Of a stretch of 64,000 bases of DNA, positions 35,639 through 48,222 are shown one piece after another. A program made the translations under genes and the position numbers. The DNA comes from Lytechinus pictus (taxonomy: Eukaryota): NCBI RefSeq assembly GCF_037042905.1, contig NC_087251.1:496001-560000 (forward strand), in the 5' to 3' direction. The notes under the pieces are model-generated. The model saw only the letters and a list, made by a program, of their open reading frames with translations, was not told where the DNA came from and made no database searches. How positions within the stretch are numbered: position 1 is the stretch's first letter; every line of letters starts with the position of its first letter.

Positions 35639-37511
35639 ATGAATAGAGAAAGTACACTGACCAAACGTTTTTTCCAACAAATTTCAATTTAGTTCACATA
35701 ATATTCCAATGATCCCATTTCCCTTTTTATCATTTTGAATGTCTTTATCAAACAGATGAAATGTGTATACATTGTAGTGCAGAAGCACTATTAAAAGTTA
35801 ATAAAGTTTTTCACATTAATTTGGTCTAAGGATGGCATGACATACTTGTACACTATTAGGCATTAGCATACATGTAGTAGTCAAGATAGTGGTTACAGGT
35901 AGAGTGTTATTTAAGTCTATACAACCAGGGAATTCCATAGGAATTATTTGTACACTACACATTAACAACACTATAAAGGGAGAAGATGAACTATGCTGGA
36001 AATTAAAAAAAAAAAAAACCTGGCTATCATGAAATCTAACAAACTGTATATCATATAAAGAGAAAACTATAGCATTTGTTTATGGTACCATTAAGTTGCA
36101 CATTATGATCAATTATGCATGAATGATTAATGATTTATATCATGCATATTTCAGACCTTTCTGTGATCTCCGAAGTATTACTCTCAATGCTCTAATGATA
36201 ATGAAATTATTCATTTTATTTATTTAGATAAGGTGATATGCTTCATCTGATGTGGCATTGTTAGTCTTTCAATCAGTATTACACATTTCAAAAACAATTT
36301 TAGATGAATGTCTGATTGCTGTTGCCTCATCGACTTTTGTACAGGGGGGGTAATTGGATTGATTTTAAAATTGGTGTTTGATTGATGTCATCGAGTGCCA
36401 ATGCAGATTTTGTAAAATCGGTGCATCGATTAAAAAAACATGAATGAGTGTGAAGGAAAGAAACATGGCTGATTCTTTTGGTACAGATCAAACTGTGAAA
36501 TGATGAATTTTCAGATCTAAAGGTACAAAAAAAGTGAAATTTAAGCCACTCTTTTCCACACTTTGTAACTGTTTTTACCAGGACATATTTATGTACAAAG
36601 GACACATCAGCATAGAGACTTTGAGGAGCATAGTTATGCACATGATTTGCACTAGTTTTGCATCTTTGAAATGCTGTGGAAGTGTTTCGTACATCTTCCA
36701 ATCGCGAATTTAACAACCCTCGAAAATGTTGGGACCCCCGCAATTCGCGAAAATTTCTGTACGCGAAAATAATAGCTTATACAGTATTATATTTTTTTCT
36801 AAGGATGTACAATGGGTTACCAAATAGTGTGAGATTTTAGTGTGATTTTTATAAACATTTAATTGTGACCAATGTTCTTGCAAAAAAAATTCTTTAAGTC
36901 CAGTCTTTTTCTCTCATTCATTGTAGGTATGAATATTATTCTGTTATCGTCTCCCTCATTATTTGTCTTCCTAATTTGGTTGCGGTATGCCGGAGCTAGT
37001 TAGCAGTAAACTGTACGCTAGCCACTATAGTATGCTTGTGATCATGAGCGAAGAAATAAGAAATAAGTCCTGATCATTGAAGCATTGCAATTACATTAAG
37101 TGATCAATGAAACGTCTCTTTCTTGTAATATATTTGACTGTGTTGTTATATTCTGTTGTTCCTATCGCATTGTGACAGTTCATGATAAATTTGCGATGTC
37201 CGTGCAGGCATGCCTGGAAGTACACAACACTGTCAATGTCAATGTTAATGTGATTCCCATACAAATTGTGTTTCTAGTAAATTTTGTAGAGTACATTGTG
37301 GGATGACACAGGTGCCTTTTAATGCCCCTCTCATAGACCGTGTATTCGCCAAATAACTCCCCTGCCTTCCTATGCAATTTCAAAGAAGCATGAGCTTTAT
37401 AAGGACAACTCTCTTCCTCATCTCTCTCTCTCTGCATAATCTCTACATACACACAAGTTTTCGATAATCAAACTGTATCGGGTCAAAAAAGTAAAAGAAT
37501 GGCAGATTTAC

Positions 37512-37607
37512 CTTCTGGTCATCACACTCTAAGTCTTCTCTTGGTTTCATATACTCCTTCATTTGAATGTAATATGCTCTTTGGCGTTCTCTCTCCTCCT
37601 CCCTTTC
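37512..37607 (-). CDS. BAZ1A: BAZ1A exon 8
   Basis: EREEERERQRAYYIQMKEYMKPREDLECDDQK, containing the KPRED(L/M)ECDD motif that precedes the DDT domain; cag acceptor, gtaaat donor; 96 nt. Confidence 0.92.
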
Positions 37608-37773
37608 CTGTATTAAAAATATCAACATTTTCATTATCTTAAAGACAATATATGCAAATGTAACAAAAATGTGTAATACATTTAGACACCTTGTCAACAG
37701 TCTGTAACAGCTGGAGTCCTGTTATAAAGGAACTCTGTTTCTTTTCCACATACTTTCCACTGGAAAAGATGCA

Positions 37774-39945
37774 GCTGGTCTCAATGGCCCTCTCATAAAC
37801 CACAGGTGCCCTATTGACTGGTCTCAATGCCCCTCTTATAGAGCACGGGTGCCCTATTGACTGGTCTCAATGCCCCTCTCATAGACCAAGGGTGCCCTAT
37901 TGACTGGTCTAAATGCCCCTCTTATAGACCACGGGTGCCCTATTGACTGGTCTCAATGCCCCTCTCATAGACCACAGGTGCCCTATTGACTGGTCTCAAT
38001 GCCCCTCTCATAGACCACAGGTGCCCTATTGACTGGTCTCGATGCCCCTCTCATAGACCACAGGTGCCCTATTGACTGGTCTCAATGCCCCTCTCATAGA
38101 CCACAGGTGCCCTATTGACTGGTCTCAATGCCCCTCTCATAGACCACAGGTGGCCTATTGACTGGTCTCAATGCCCCTCTTATAGACCACGGGTGCCCTA
38201 TTGACTGGTCTCAATGCCCCTCTTATAGACCAAGGGTGCCCTATTGACTGGTCTCAATGCCCCTCTCATAGACCAAGGGTGCCCTATTGACTGGTCTAAA
38301 TGCCCCTCTTATAGACCACGGGTGCCCTATTGACTGGTCTCAATGCCCCTCTCATAGACCACAGGTGCCCTATTGACTGGTCTCAATGCCCCTCTCATAG
38401 ACCACAGGTGCCCTATTGACTGGTCTCGATGCCCCTCTCATAGACCACAGGTGCCCTATTGACTGGTCTCAATGCCCCTCTCATAGACCACAGGTGCCCT
38501 ATTGACTGGTCTCAATGCCCCTCTCATAGACCACAGGTGGCCTATTGACTGGTCTCAATGCCCCTCTTATAGAGCACGGGTGCCCTATTGACTGGTCTCA
38601 ATGCCCCTCTTATAGACCAAGGGTGCCCTATTGACTGGTCTCAATGCCCCTCTCATAGACCACAGGTGCCCTATTGACTGGTCTCAATGCCCCTCTCATA
38701 GACCACAGGTGCCCTATTGACTGGTCTCGATGCCCCTCTCATAGACCACAGGTGCCCTATTGACTGGTCTCAATGCCCCTCTCATAGACCACGGGTGCCC
38801 TATTGACTGGTCTCAATGCCCCTCTCATAGACCACAGGTGCCCTATTGACTGGTCTCAATGCCCCTCTCATAGACCACGGGTGCCCTATTGACTGGTCTT
38901 GATGCCCCTCTCATAGACCACAGGTGCCCTATTGACTGGTCTCAATGCCCCTCTCATAAACCACAGGTGCCCTATTGACTGGTCTCAATGCCCCTCTCAT
39001 AGACCACAGGTGCCCTATTGACTGGTCTCGATGCCCCTCTCATAGACCACAGGTGCCCTATTGACTGGTCTCAATGCCCCTCTCATAGACCACGGGTGCC
39101 CTATTGACTGGTCTCAATGCCCCTCTCATAGACCACAGGTGCCCTATTGACTGGTCTCAATGCCCCTCTCATAGACCACGGGTGCCCTATTGACTGGTCT
39201 TGATGCCCCTCTCATAGACCACAGGTGCCCTATTGACTGGTCTCAATGCCCCTCTCATAGACCACAGGTGCCCTATTGACTGGTCTCGATGCCCCTCTCA
39301 TAGACCACAGGTGCCCTATTGACTGGTCTCAATGCCCCTCTCATAGACCACGGGTGCCCTATTGACTGGTCTCAATGCCCCTCTCATAGACCACAGGTGC
39401 CCTATTGACTGGTCTCAATGCCCCTCTCATAGACCACAGGTGCCCTATTGACTGGTCTTGATGCCCCTCTCATAGACCACGGGTGCCCTATTGACTGGTC
39501 TCAATGCCCCTCTCATAGACCACAGGTGCCCTATTGACTGGTCTCAATGCCCCTCTCATAGACCACAGGTGCCCTATTGACTGGTCTCAATGCCCCTCTC
39601 ATAGAGCACGGGTGCCCTATTGACTGGTCTCAATGCCCCTCTTATAGACCACAGGTGCCCTATTGACTGGTCTAAATGCCCCTCTTATAGACCACGGGTG
39701 CCCTATTGACTGGTCTCAATGCCCCTCTCATAAACCACAGGTGCCCTATTGACTGGTCTCAATGCCCCTCTCATAGACCACAGGTGCCCTATTGACTGGT
39801 CTCGATGCCCCTCTCATAGACCACAGGTGCCCTATTGACTGGTCTCAATGCCCCTCTCATAGACCACAGGTGCCCTATTGACTGGTCTCAATGCCCCTCT
39901 CATAGACCACAGGTGGCCTATTCACTGGTCTCAACGCCCCTCTTA
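37774..39945. repeat. Minisatellite, 43-bp unit, about 50 near-identical copies
   Basis: CTGGTCTCAATGCCCCTCTCATAGACCACAGGTGCCCTATTGA tandem, no spacers. Confidence 0.97.
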
Positions 39946-40289
39946 AATACCTTGGATGACCTGCTGACTAACCTTGATGTCTCTTTGGCCTAGATATTTT
40001 TTTTACCTTTTTTATTTAGTTTCCATTTATCCTGTGATATATAAATGTTCCCTCTAAAAAAGTGGCCTCTAAAGTATTTGAATTTAGGGCCTTATTTAAT
40101 TCAATGTGTGTCTACACCAATTATGGGCATGTCTATCAAAAGTAGGCAAATATACAATTTGAGGTCTTCATAGCACAGTCACTGTGAAAACGATGATACA
40201 CTGAGACTAGATGGTTTATTTCAAAGCTAGGATCCTTTTTCAAAATGGGATAGGGCTCGTTGCTTACAAAGTAGTCCACTATACCATAC

Positions 40290-40570
40290 CTTTCTCCTTC
40301 GCTCCTTGCTTTCTTCAATATCCTTCTTCATTTGCTCTCTCCTCGCTATTCTCTCCTTTTCTCGCTGAACTTTCTGTTCTTCTTTGAGTCTGGCAAGTTC
40401 TTCCCATCTCTTGGCCTTCTCTAATGCTCTTTCTTCAGCCAGCTTCTGCTTCAGCTCAAGCTTCTCAGCAATTTTTTGAGCCTTCATCTTCTCTCTCATT
40501 TCTGCCCGTTCTTCCTTTGTTAGCTTCAGCTGGGCTACTTGGTTCTCTTTGTTGGCACCCTTGTTCTTTT
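40290..40570 (-). CDS. BAZ1A: BAZ1A exon 7 (charged coiled coil)
   Basis: KNKGANKENQVAQLKLTKEERAEMREKMKAQK...KERRRK; tag acceptor, AAG|gtatgg donor; 281 nt. Confidence 0.88.
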
Positions 40571-41028
40571 CTAGAAGAGTCAAATACAAAGAAACATTGA
40601 ATGATACATTATTCAATACATGGATCAAATTGTCCATGTACATCCATGAGTGAAGAACACCATATAAACTGATATTTAGATCCCAATTGGCCTACAATGC
40701 CATTACGTCACCCATAAACTCAGCAAACTTATATTAAGTCTTGATGGAGGACAAACTCTTGCTGTACAATGTCAATGTCTCAGGGATCCTTACATGCCTC
40801 TTAGCCTCAACAGTTTTGTTCACTGCATAAAATTGTTAAATTGTAAGCCCTAAAAGTTTGACAATGACAATGCGCAACCATAAAAGAGCTCAAAACCTAA
40901 GTCTAAAAATAAAAATTGTTAAAGGAGATCAGTGTATCGTGTCAATGTGTTAGAGAATAGGTTGTATATTGTAAAGCTGAAATATCTCTCTTTTACTGTT
41001 CAATCAAAAAAAAATTAAATTTGTTTAC

Positions 41029-41269
41029 TTTTCTTGCCCATCTTTGCCTCTGCCTTTTTCTTCACTTCCATGAGTGGGATGTCATCATCGTCATCCTCGT
41101 CATCTTCCTCCTCCTCTGTTTCATCATCGGCAGATGACCCTGGATCTGATTCAACCATGACCTTATGCACATTCCTCTTCGCAGGAGTGGACGAAAAGTT
41201 GGGCAAGGGACCAGCAAAAAAGTCCCCAAAGGATTTCTTATCCAGCTGAAACTTGTCAACATATTGGGG
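41029..41269 (-). CDS. BAZ1A: BAZ1A exon 6
   Basis: PQYVDKFQLDKKSFGDFFAGPLPNFSSTPAKR...acidic tract...MGKK; cag acceptor, A|gtaaac donor; 241 nt. Confidence 0.85.
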
Positions 41270-42161
41270 CTGAAAAAATAAATGAAATTATATTTAGGTA
41301 ATAGTATTGTGATTTGCATGCAAATGCATATATTTTCTTAATTCTGAGATCCCTGCAGAATAGTATAACAAAATTGGGGGAGGTCTTGGGGCAAATTTGG
41401 GTCCCCAGAAAAGTCCCCAAGAGATCATTGAAAAAATAAAAAGAGCCACAAAATTTCCTACAAGTTCTAAAGTATTTTGTAAAAGAATGCAACAAACTTT
41501 TGGCTATCGGTAGTGAGCTCAAAGAGTAACTCCAGCAAAAATGTTATATTTTCCGATACAAAATGATATTATTGCTATCTTTTCCATCAATCTTTGATTT
41601 TATGTAACTTATTTAATATTTCACTCATATTTATGACCTCTCCCTTCAACCTAAAACAACTAAAGAGTTTACCAAAGCTTTTCTAAAACTGATTCTTTAG
41701 TTTATATCTTGAAACATTATCAGCCAAAGTGGGATTCAAAAATGTACTCATTTGATATAGGATTGAGATTGATATAAGTTTTTTCCCAAACATTTTGAAG
41801 AACGTATTTGCAATAATTTCACAAGGGAAATTAGAAATTAAAGAACCTTTTTTTTAATGAATTTTCCCACTCTACAGTTCCTAACAATCCTGGGGGGCGG
41901 TTGTTTCCTGAAGCTGTTCATAAAGCTAAGCAAGACAATATGAAAGTAAGGAATATGGCAAGCCAGATCATTAGCTTACCAGTAATCATTTTTAATTACC
42001 ATTGCTTGAGTAGAACTGCTCTCACATTGAAAGTGCAAAGTATAGTGATTTCCACATGTTTTTAAGAGACTAATGTTAGATCTCAATTTGGCACTTCATA
42101 ATCCAGTCATTCATACCATGTGTAACTCTATGAACAACTTGATCAAACACTCTCCTATTAC

Positions 42162-42249
42162 CTTAACACTCCAGATGAAGTCAATCACCTTACAGTGGTG
42201 TTTCAAGTAAAGTTTATTCTTGTCCTTTGTGAAGAGCCCTCTCTTGCGA
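42162..42249 (-). CDS. BAZ1A: BAZ1A exon 5
   Basis: (S)RKRGLFTKDKNKLYLKHHCKVIDFIWSVK, resembling the conserved post-WAC block of BAZ1A; tag acceptor, AAG|gtaata donor; 88 nt. Confidence 0.88.
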
Positions 42250-43525
42250 CTAGATGATGAAAATAGAGGGAAATGTTAATAGAAACCTGTTTAGTTATAT
42301 TGTACATTGATTTCAAGCCTTTCCAAACCCATTCAGGGTGAGAGGACATTTATGTTCAGCCAAATAACTTAAGATGAAAAAACCTAGGAATCCCATAACA
42401 TAAACCCTTTGTAACATATCTAATATGATAAAAAAAAATTGCATCAATATTTCTGAATCCATGTAAAACTAAACATTTAAATTTGATTTTTTTTTTTCAT
42501 CTTGGAAATACATAGCAGGGTGCTACATAACTTTTTCGAAGCACTTGCCCAGTCAGGCAAGTAAATTTTCAAACAGCTGGAAAATACTTGCCCGAATATA
42601 GATTTCACTTGCCCGAAAAAATCATTCAAAACAAAGTTTTATTGCTTTAAAATAAGTTATAGGCTTACTGTTTTACATACCATACCATTGACGGCTTTAA
42701 TATATTTTTCAACATGACTACTGATGTACATGTACCTTGTATTTCTTTTTTTTAATGATTTTTATCTTGTACATCATGACAAAATATATGGTCAATATGC
42801 CCCTTAATCTATTTCCTAATCTCATATATTTTCCATATATTTTGGAGGGGACTAGGACACACAATAAAAAAAGGGGAATTCACTGAAAATAACCAGAGAA
42901 AAAATAAATAAATTAAGAGAGGGGGAGAGAATGAAAGAAAAAAATAAGAAGAAAGACAGGAGGAAGAAATAAAGGAAGAAAGAAAAAAAGAAGAAAGAAA
43001 GAGAGAGAATGGCTGCGGGGAAGAGAAAAGAAAGAAAGAAAGAAAGGAAGGAAGAAAGAAGGGAAAGAGGGAAGGAAAGAAAAAAAACTGAGAGAAAAAA
43101 CTGAGGGGAAGTGAAAGAAAGGAACAAATAAAGAATGAAAAAGAAATAAAAAAGGTAAAAGGAAAGAAAGGAAGAAAAAAAGAAAAGGTAAAGGATGGAT
43201 GGAAGGAAAAGGGAAAGAAAAAAAACAAGAGAAAGGAACTTGAGAAAGAAAAGGTAAAAGGATAGATGGAAGGAAGGAAAAAAAGAAAAGAAAGATATAA
43301 CGAAAGACAGAAAGAAATGAAGGAAGGAATGAAGGAAAGAGATGAAGCAAGGCAGAAAGAAAAATAAGGAAGAAAAGAAAGGATAGATGGAAAAAAAAAA
43401 GATCAAAAGACAGAAATAAAGAAAATCAGAAAGAAACTGAAAGAAAGAAAGAAAGGAAGGAAGGAAGAAGAAAGAAAGAATGAAAGACAAAAAGAAAGGA
43501 AGGAATGAAGGAAAGAAATAAAGAA

Positions 43526-46500
43526 GTGTATTCATTCCATTGTAAACCCTCTTTGTTATATCTTAAATGAATCTTTATCACAAGGAATAGTGCCAGATAA
43601 GCTTAAGACTGCTTTAGTTGTTCCCATCTTTAAAAGGGGTGATCGACATGACATTGTAAACTACCGTCCAATTGCTTTATTACCATTCTTTTCCAAGTTA
43701 TTAGAAAAGTTAGTATATACCAGGTTGTACAAATTTCTAACAGTTAATCATGTTTTAATACCACAACAATTTGGATTTAGGAAGAACTTTTCTACTGACC
43801 TTGGTGTCCTAAATTTATTTAACATAATTTCAAAAGAAATAGATGATGGTAATTTTTGCCTTGGTGTCTTTATGGATCTGTCTAAGGCTTTTGACACCAT
43901 TGATCACCACATATTGTTAAAAAAATTAGAATATTATGGAGTTCGAGGAATTCCCCTTCAGTGGTTTCTTAATTATTTATTTAAAGTTGAATTAAGAAGG
44001 GGGTGAGTTTCCATAAATATAGGTTCTACATACAATATATAGTATATATAAGTTGTTCAAACAGATAGCATGTCACAAAAATCCTCTGCCTTCTCGATAT
44101 TTTGCTTTGAAAGTCTATGAAATTAGCCACCTGTCAGAGCCCGAGAGACGAGTGTACAGAAAAGTCACTCGGAGTGTGACGTCACCGGGGGGAATTTAGT
44201 ATAAGAGGTGCCTGAATGTCATACAGAAATGCTATGCAGAGAGAGAAAGATATTTTACAATTTTTTTTCAAAGCAACTCAAATCAAACAAATATGACTGA
44301 TATGTACAAATCTTTACTTTCCCTGTATAAAAAACAGTATGAATAACCACCATGAACTCTTCAATCATGATGTAAGATAGCAAACAGTGAGTTATTGAAT
44401 GATATTTTCATTATTTCTCATTTATTTTATCACGATGTTCAATCAAGTGAGTAGCTGGAAAGTAATTCCGGCGGCGAGCTCAGCGCGCGCTGAACGCATA
44501 ATACTAGTACACACAACACCCAGCTAGCTAGGCATTGAGTGTACTGTTATGGTCTGGTATGTCGACTTAGTTCATGGCCGTGCAGCGATCCCCTGGCGTT
44601 TTTTCTTCTTTTCTTTTGTCTTTGACTCCACTTTTATATCCTCTGGATCATTTCCACTCATAGCTCATTCCACAGAACAATCTTGAACCAAACGTATAGT
44701 ATTCTTTCTCGGCCTTCTGAGTTGTTTTCTATATTTAATTACGCTAGGGGTCACCGTCACACATACAAACGCAATTCGCAAGTGAGTTGAAGACAGAAAG
44801 ATATATATAGTAATTAGTATACATCTCTATGGTTGAAGACAACAAGAACGGTACGGTCGCTCGACAGCTAGCTGCGCCGGAGCGGGCGGCCGGTCGGCAC
44901 AAAGCAATTCCGCAACCAACTGTGTTTTTTTGCAAGAGCCGCGTCACACGCGGATAAATATGTCATAATAACACGTCTGCTACGTTATCGACTGGTGAGA
45001 AGATCTCGATCAAATTTCATATTATTCACCTTGAAATTATTCCTTTAGGGTCTATGGTATCATTCTGAGGGAATTCACATATTTGGAATAATAGTACGGC
45101 CACAAATATTTTAATCATTTCCTCTTTGCAAGTTCTATGGCTCGCAGATACAACTTCAACTGCAGTTATTCCATATGAAGGAGTACGTGCATAGTACACA
45201 AAACGGCACTGCTTTACCCCCGGTGACGTCACACTCAAAGAACACCCGTCTCGGTAGGCATTGCAGGAGCGAACTCAGGGAAAATGGGTAGGGATAAATC
45301 GTTCAAATTCACTATTTTGAAAAAAGAAAATGGGGGGTCGAATCACCTATTAGTGTTTGGGGGGTTGTAAGGTTGCTATTAATGTAAATATCTCAATATT
45401 TGGAATCGTCTTCTTAGTTCAACTTTAATAGAAACCAACATGTGGTGATTGATGGTGTCAAATCTCAACACAGAGACATATCTTGTGGAATTCCTCAGGG
45501 CTCTGTGTTGGGCCCCCTCCTGTTTCTTGTTTACATTAATGATATAATTAATAGCTCCCCAATTCTAAACTTTTCATTGTTTGCTGATGACACAACAGTC
45601 ACATTATCTCATAAAAAAAATTAATAATCTTGTCTCATCAGCAAATCAATGAATTAAGAAAATTAAATGATTGGTTTGTTTGCAACAAACTGTTTTTTAA
45701 TTTAGACAAAACAAAGTATATCATTTTTCGAACTCGAGGCAGGAGGGACCCACCTCATTCTCTAAATATTTTTCTTGGTGTACATAATATAAAACAAGTA
45801 AAACATTTTCAATTTTTAGGAGTAATTTTTAATGAACACCTCTCTTGGAAACCACACCTCAATTCAATCTGTACCAAAGTTTCAAGATCTATTGTAGTTA
45901 TTTCTAAAATAAGACATTTTGTTCCCCATTCAATTTTAATTACTCTTTATAACAGTATCATACTTCCTCACTTAAATTACTGTAACATTGTATGGGGTCA
46001 TACATTCAAAACACACTTGGATAAATTGACAATTTTACAAAAGAAAGCAATAAGACTTATCTCAAATGCTCCTTTTAATAGTCATACAAAGCCTTTGCTT
46101 TTACAATCAAATTTATTAACTTTAAAAGATCTGATATCATTAAATTCACTAGTTTTTATGTACAAGCTTAATGCCAGAATCTTACCACCTCTCTTCAGTG
46201 ACATTTTTGTTTCAAATTCTCAAATCCATTCTTACAATACTCGTCACAGCAAATGCCTACGCCCTCCACACATTCGAACATCCATTGCTTTTAATTCATT
46301 TAAGACTTACTTCCCCAAACTATGGAATGAAATTCCAAATGATATAAAAAATAGTTCTACTTTATCAAGATTTAGATCTTTATGCAGGAAAATGTTATTT
46401 TCCGTTTATTGATCGAATGCATGTGATCTCACATCTTACATTAGTGCTTCCCCCCCCCCCCCCCTTTACCTCATTCATTCATTTTTTTTTTTTTTTTTTT

Positions 46501-46733
46501 TTTTTTGCTGCAGGAGTGTTTCTTTTCATTTTGATCTAGGATTTTTACTCTTTAATTTTGTCATTTGTAATGTATTAATGTATCGTGGTGACCCCTTTTA
46601 TAAGCATCGCTTCTCCGGGGTCTCCGAACCATCTATTTGTTTTGTTTTTTTCTGATACTTTGTTAATACTGTATATTGTACTGTTTTTATCCTTTTGATG
46701 GTTGAATAAATAATTGAATTGAATAATTGAATT
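43526..46733 (+). mobile_element. 5'-truncated LINE (CR1/L2 group RT), interrupted and frameshifted
   Basis: RT pieces [20 protein letters not shown] (43590-43984) and GIPQGSVLGP, LFADD, FLG (45425-46412); frameshift in the A-run near 45615; 3' AATAAA and (AATTG)n-like tail. Confidence 0.9.
43985..45424. mobile_element. 1.44-kb TTAA-specific (Kolobok-like) non-autonomous transposon
   Basis: TTAA|AGTTGAATTAAGAAG...CTTCTTAGTTCAACT|TTAA; removing it restores RT frame WFLNYLFNRNQHVVIDG; subterminal inverted GAGTGTGACGTCACCGGGGG at about 44172 and 45218. Confidence 0.88.
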
Positions 46734-48222
46734 GGGATGAAGAAAGTAAGGAAGAAAAAAAGAAAGGAAGAAAAGGTAAAGAATGGATGGACGGAAGAAA
46801 GACAGTAAGAAAGAATGAAAGGAAGGGGAAAAAGAAGGAAGGATTAAAGAAAGAGGTAAACAAAGGTTGGATGGAAGGAAGAAAGAAAAAAAGATAGACA
46901 GCTATAGTAACAGAAAAAATGAACGAAAGAAGGAAGGAAATTTAATGAAATAAAGAGAGATTCAAAAGAAGGAAAGATTGAAAAGAAAAGGAAAGATAGG
47001 CAGAAAGAAAGAAAACAGTACTTAGGAAGAAAGCTCAGACTATCCAGTCATAAATAAAGAAGAAAATTTATCATTTTCCTTGGCTAAAAAAAAATAATTA
47101 CGAAAGAAACCACGTTTATCAACATACACATAAATGCATGTGGGACTGTCAAACAATGTATTTCAGTGTGTGCGATACTAGACGATCATTAGAAACCCGA
47201 TCTTTTTGAAGCATAACAGAAGTTAAATCTTTTCCTTTTACTGCTTACAAATGATAGAGCTACCCCAATTTTTAGGAAATGTGGACATAACAAGAGTTTT
47301 CATTGGTAAGAAATGTGAAGTTTGACAGTTCTGTGGGAGATTTCTTCCAGAGCAAACTTCGTTCGTGCAGCACCGTAGAAACCATGGGCTGCGTGGACTA
47401 GGCACTAGCTAGCTAGGTATGCTAGACTGCCATTGATTCTGTGTGTGTGTGTATGTGTCTGAGCTGTGTGTTTATAGCAGAAAATGGCGCAAATTTTGCA
47501 ATTCGAATCATGACTTATAAACTTTTTTGAAAGAAATTAATGATATGGCTTTTTTTTTCTCTTTTTCTTTTCTATATTTTTGATGGTGAAATATGGGGAA
47601 TCTTTCTAAAATATAATTTCTATATGAGAATTTTGCTTGCCCGATTCGGGCAATTAGTTTTTGTCTTTGCTTCAAAACACTTGCCCGACTCTTAACTTTT
47701 ACTTGCCCCGGGCAATCGGGCAAGCGCTTATGTCGCACCCTGCATAGTAACCAATTCAGTCTCTGGACTGCGAGAATGGAAATAGTCAATAAATCGTTCA
47801 ATCAGTCAATCAATATATTAAAATAGTCACTCAAGACCTTTCAATGGCAAGCAATAGAAAGATCAAAATCACTGTTTCTCAATGCATTTATAACCTCAAA
47901 GCCTATTCCTTTTACATGTCAAATACATAATATTCACAGAGAAAAATGCAACAAAACAAAGAATACATAACTCCAGAGATGCCAACCCTACAGAATGGTT
48001 GTCAGTTACATTTACCACATTTATCAGTAACAAATGAGGTGTTTTCAGTAACACGTACATGTACCGACGCAGCAAATTTTGAGCAAAAATGGGCAAAAAT
48101 ACAAACGCACAAAAAAACCTCAAACATAACTCCATTATAAGTGGGACACCTCTGACCTGCATTGTGCATTCTGTGATTCAATATAGCAGCAGTAATGACT
48201 AAAAAAATAAAAATAAATTTTA

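Larger units (their letters stand above)
42516..47742. mobile_element. hAT-like non-autonomous element with purine-rich core, hosting a LINE
   Basis: CATAG|CAGGGTGCTACATAA...TTATGTCGCACCCTG|CATAG; CTTGCCC/GGGCAAG motifs clustered at both ends; (GAAA/GGAA)n tracts at about 42900-43525 and 46735-47030. Confidence 0.75.

Noticed and set aside
37774..39945. Possible CRISPR array
   Set aside because: Head-to-tail identical units with no unique spacers, no cas genes, eukaryotic intron
42809..43535. Long Phe/Leu/Ser-rich ORFs resembling membrane proteins
   Set aside because: Translation of a (GAAA/GGAA)n low-complexity tract
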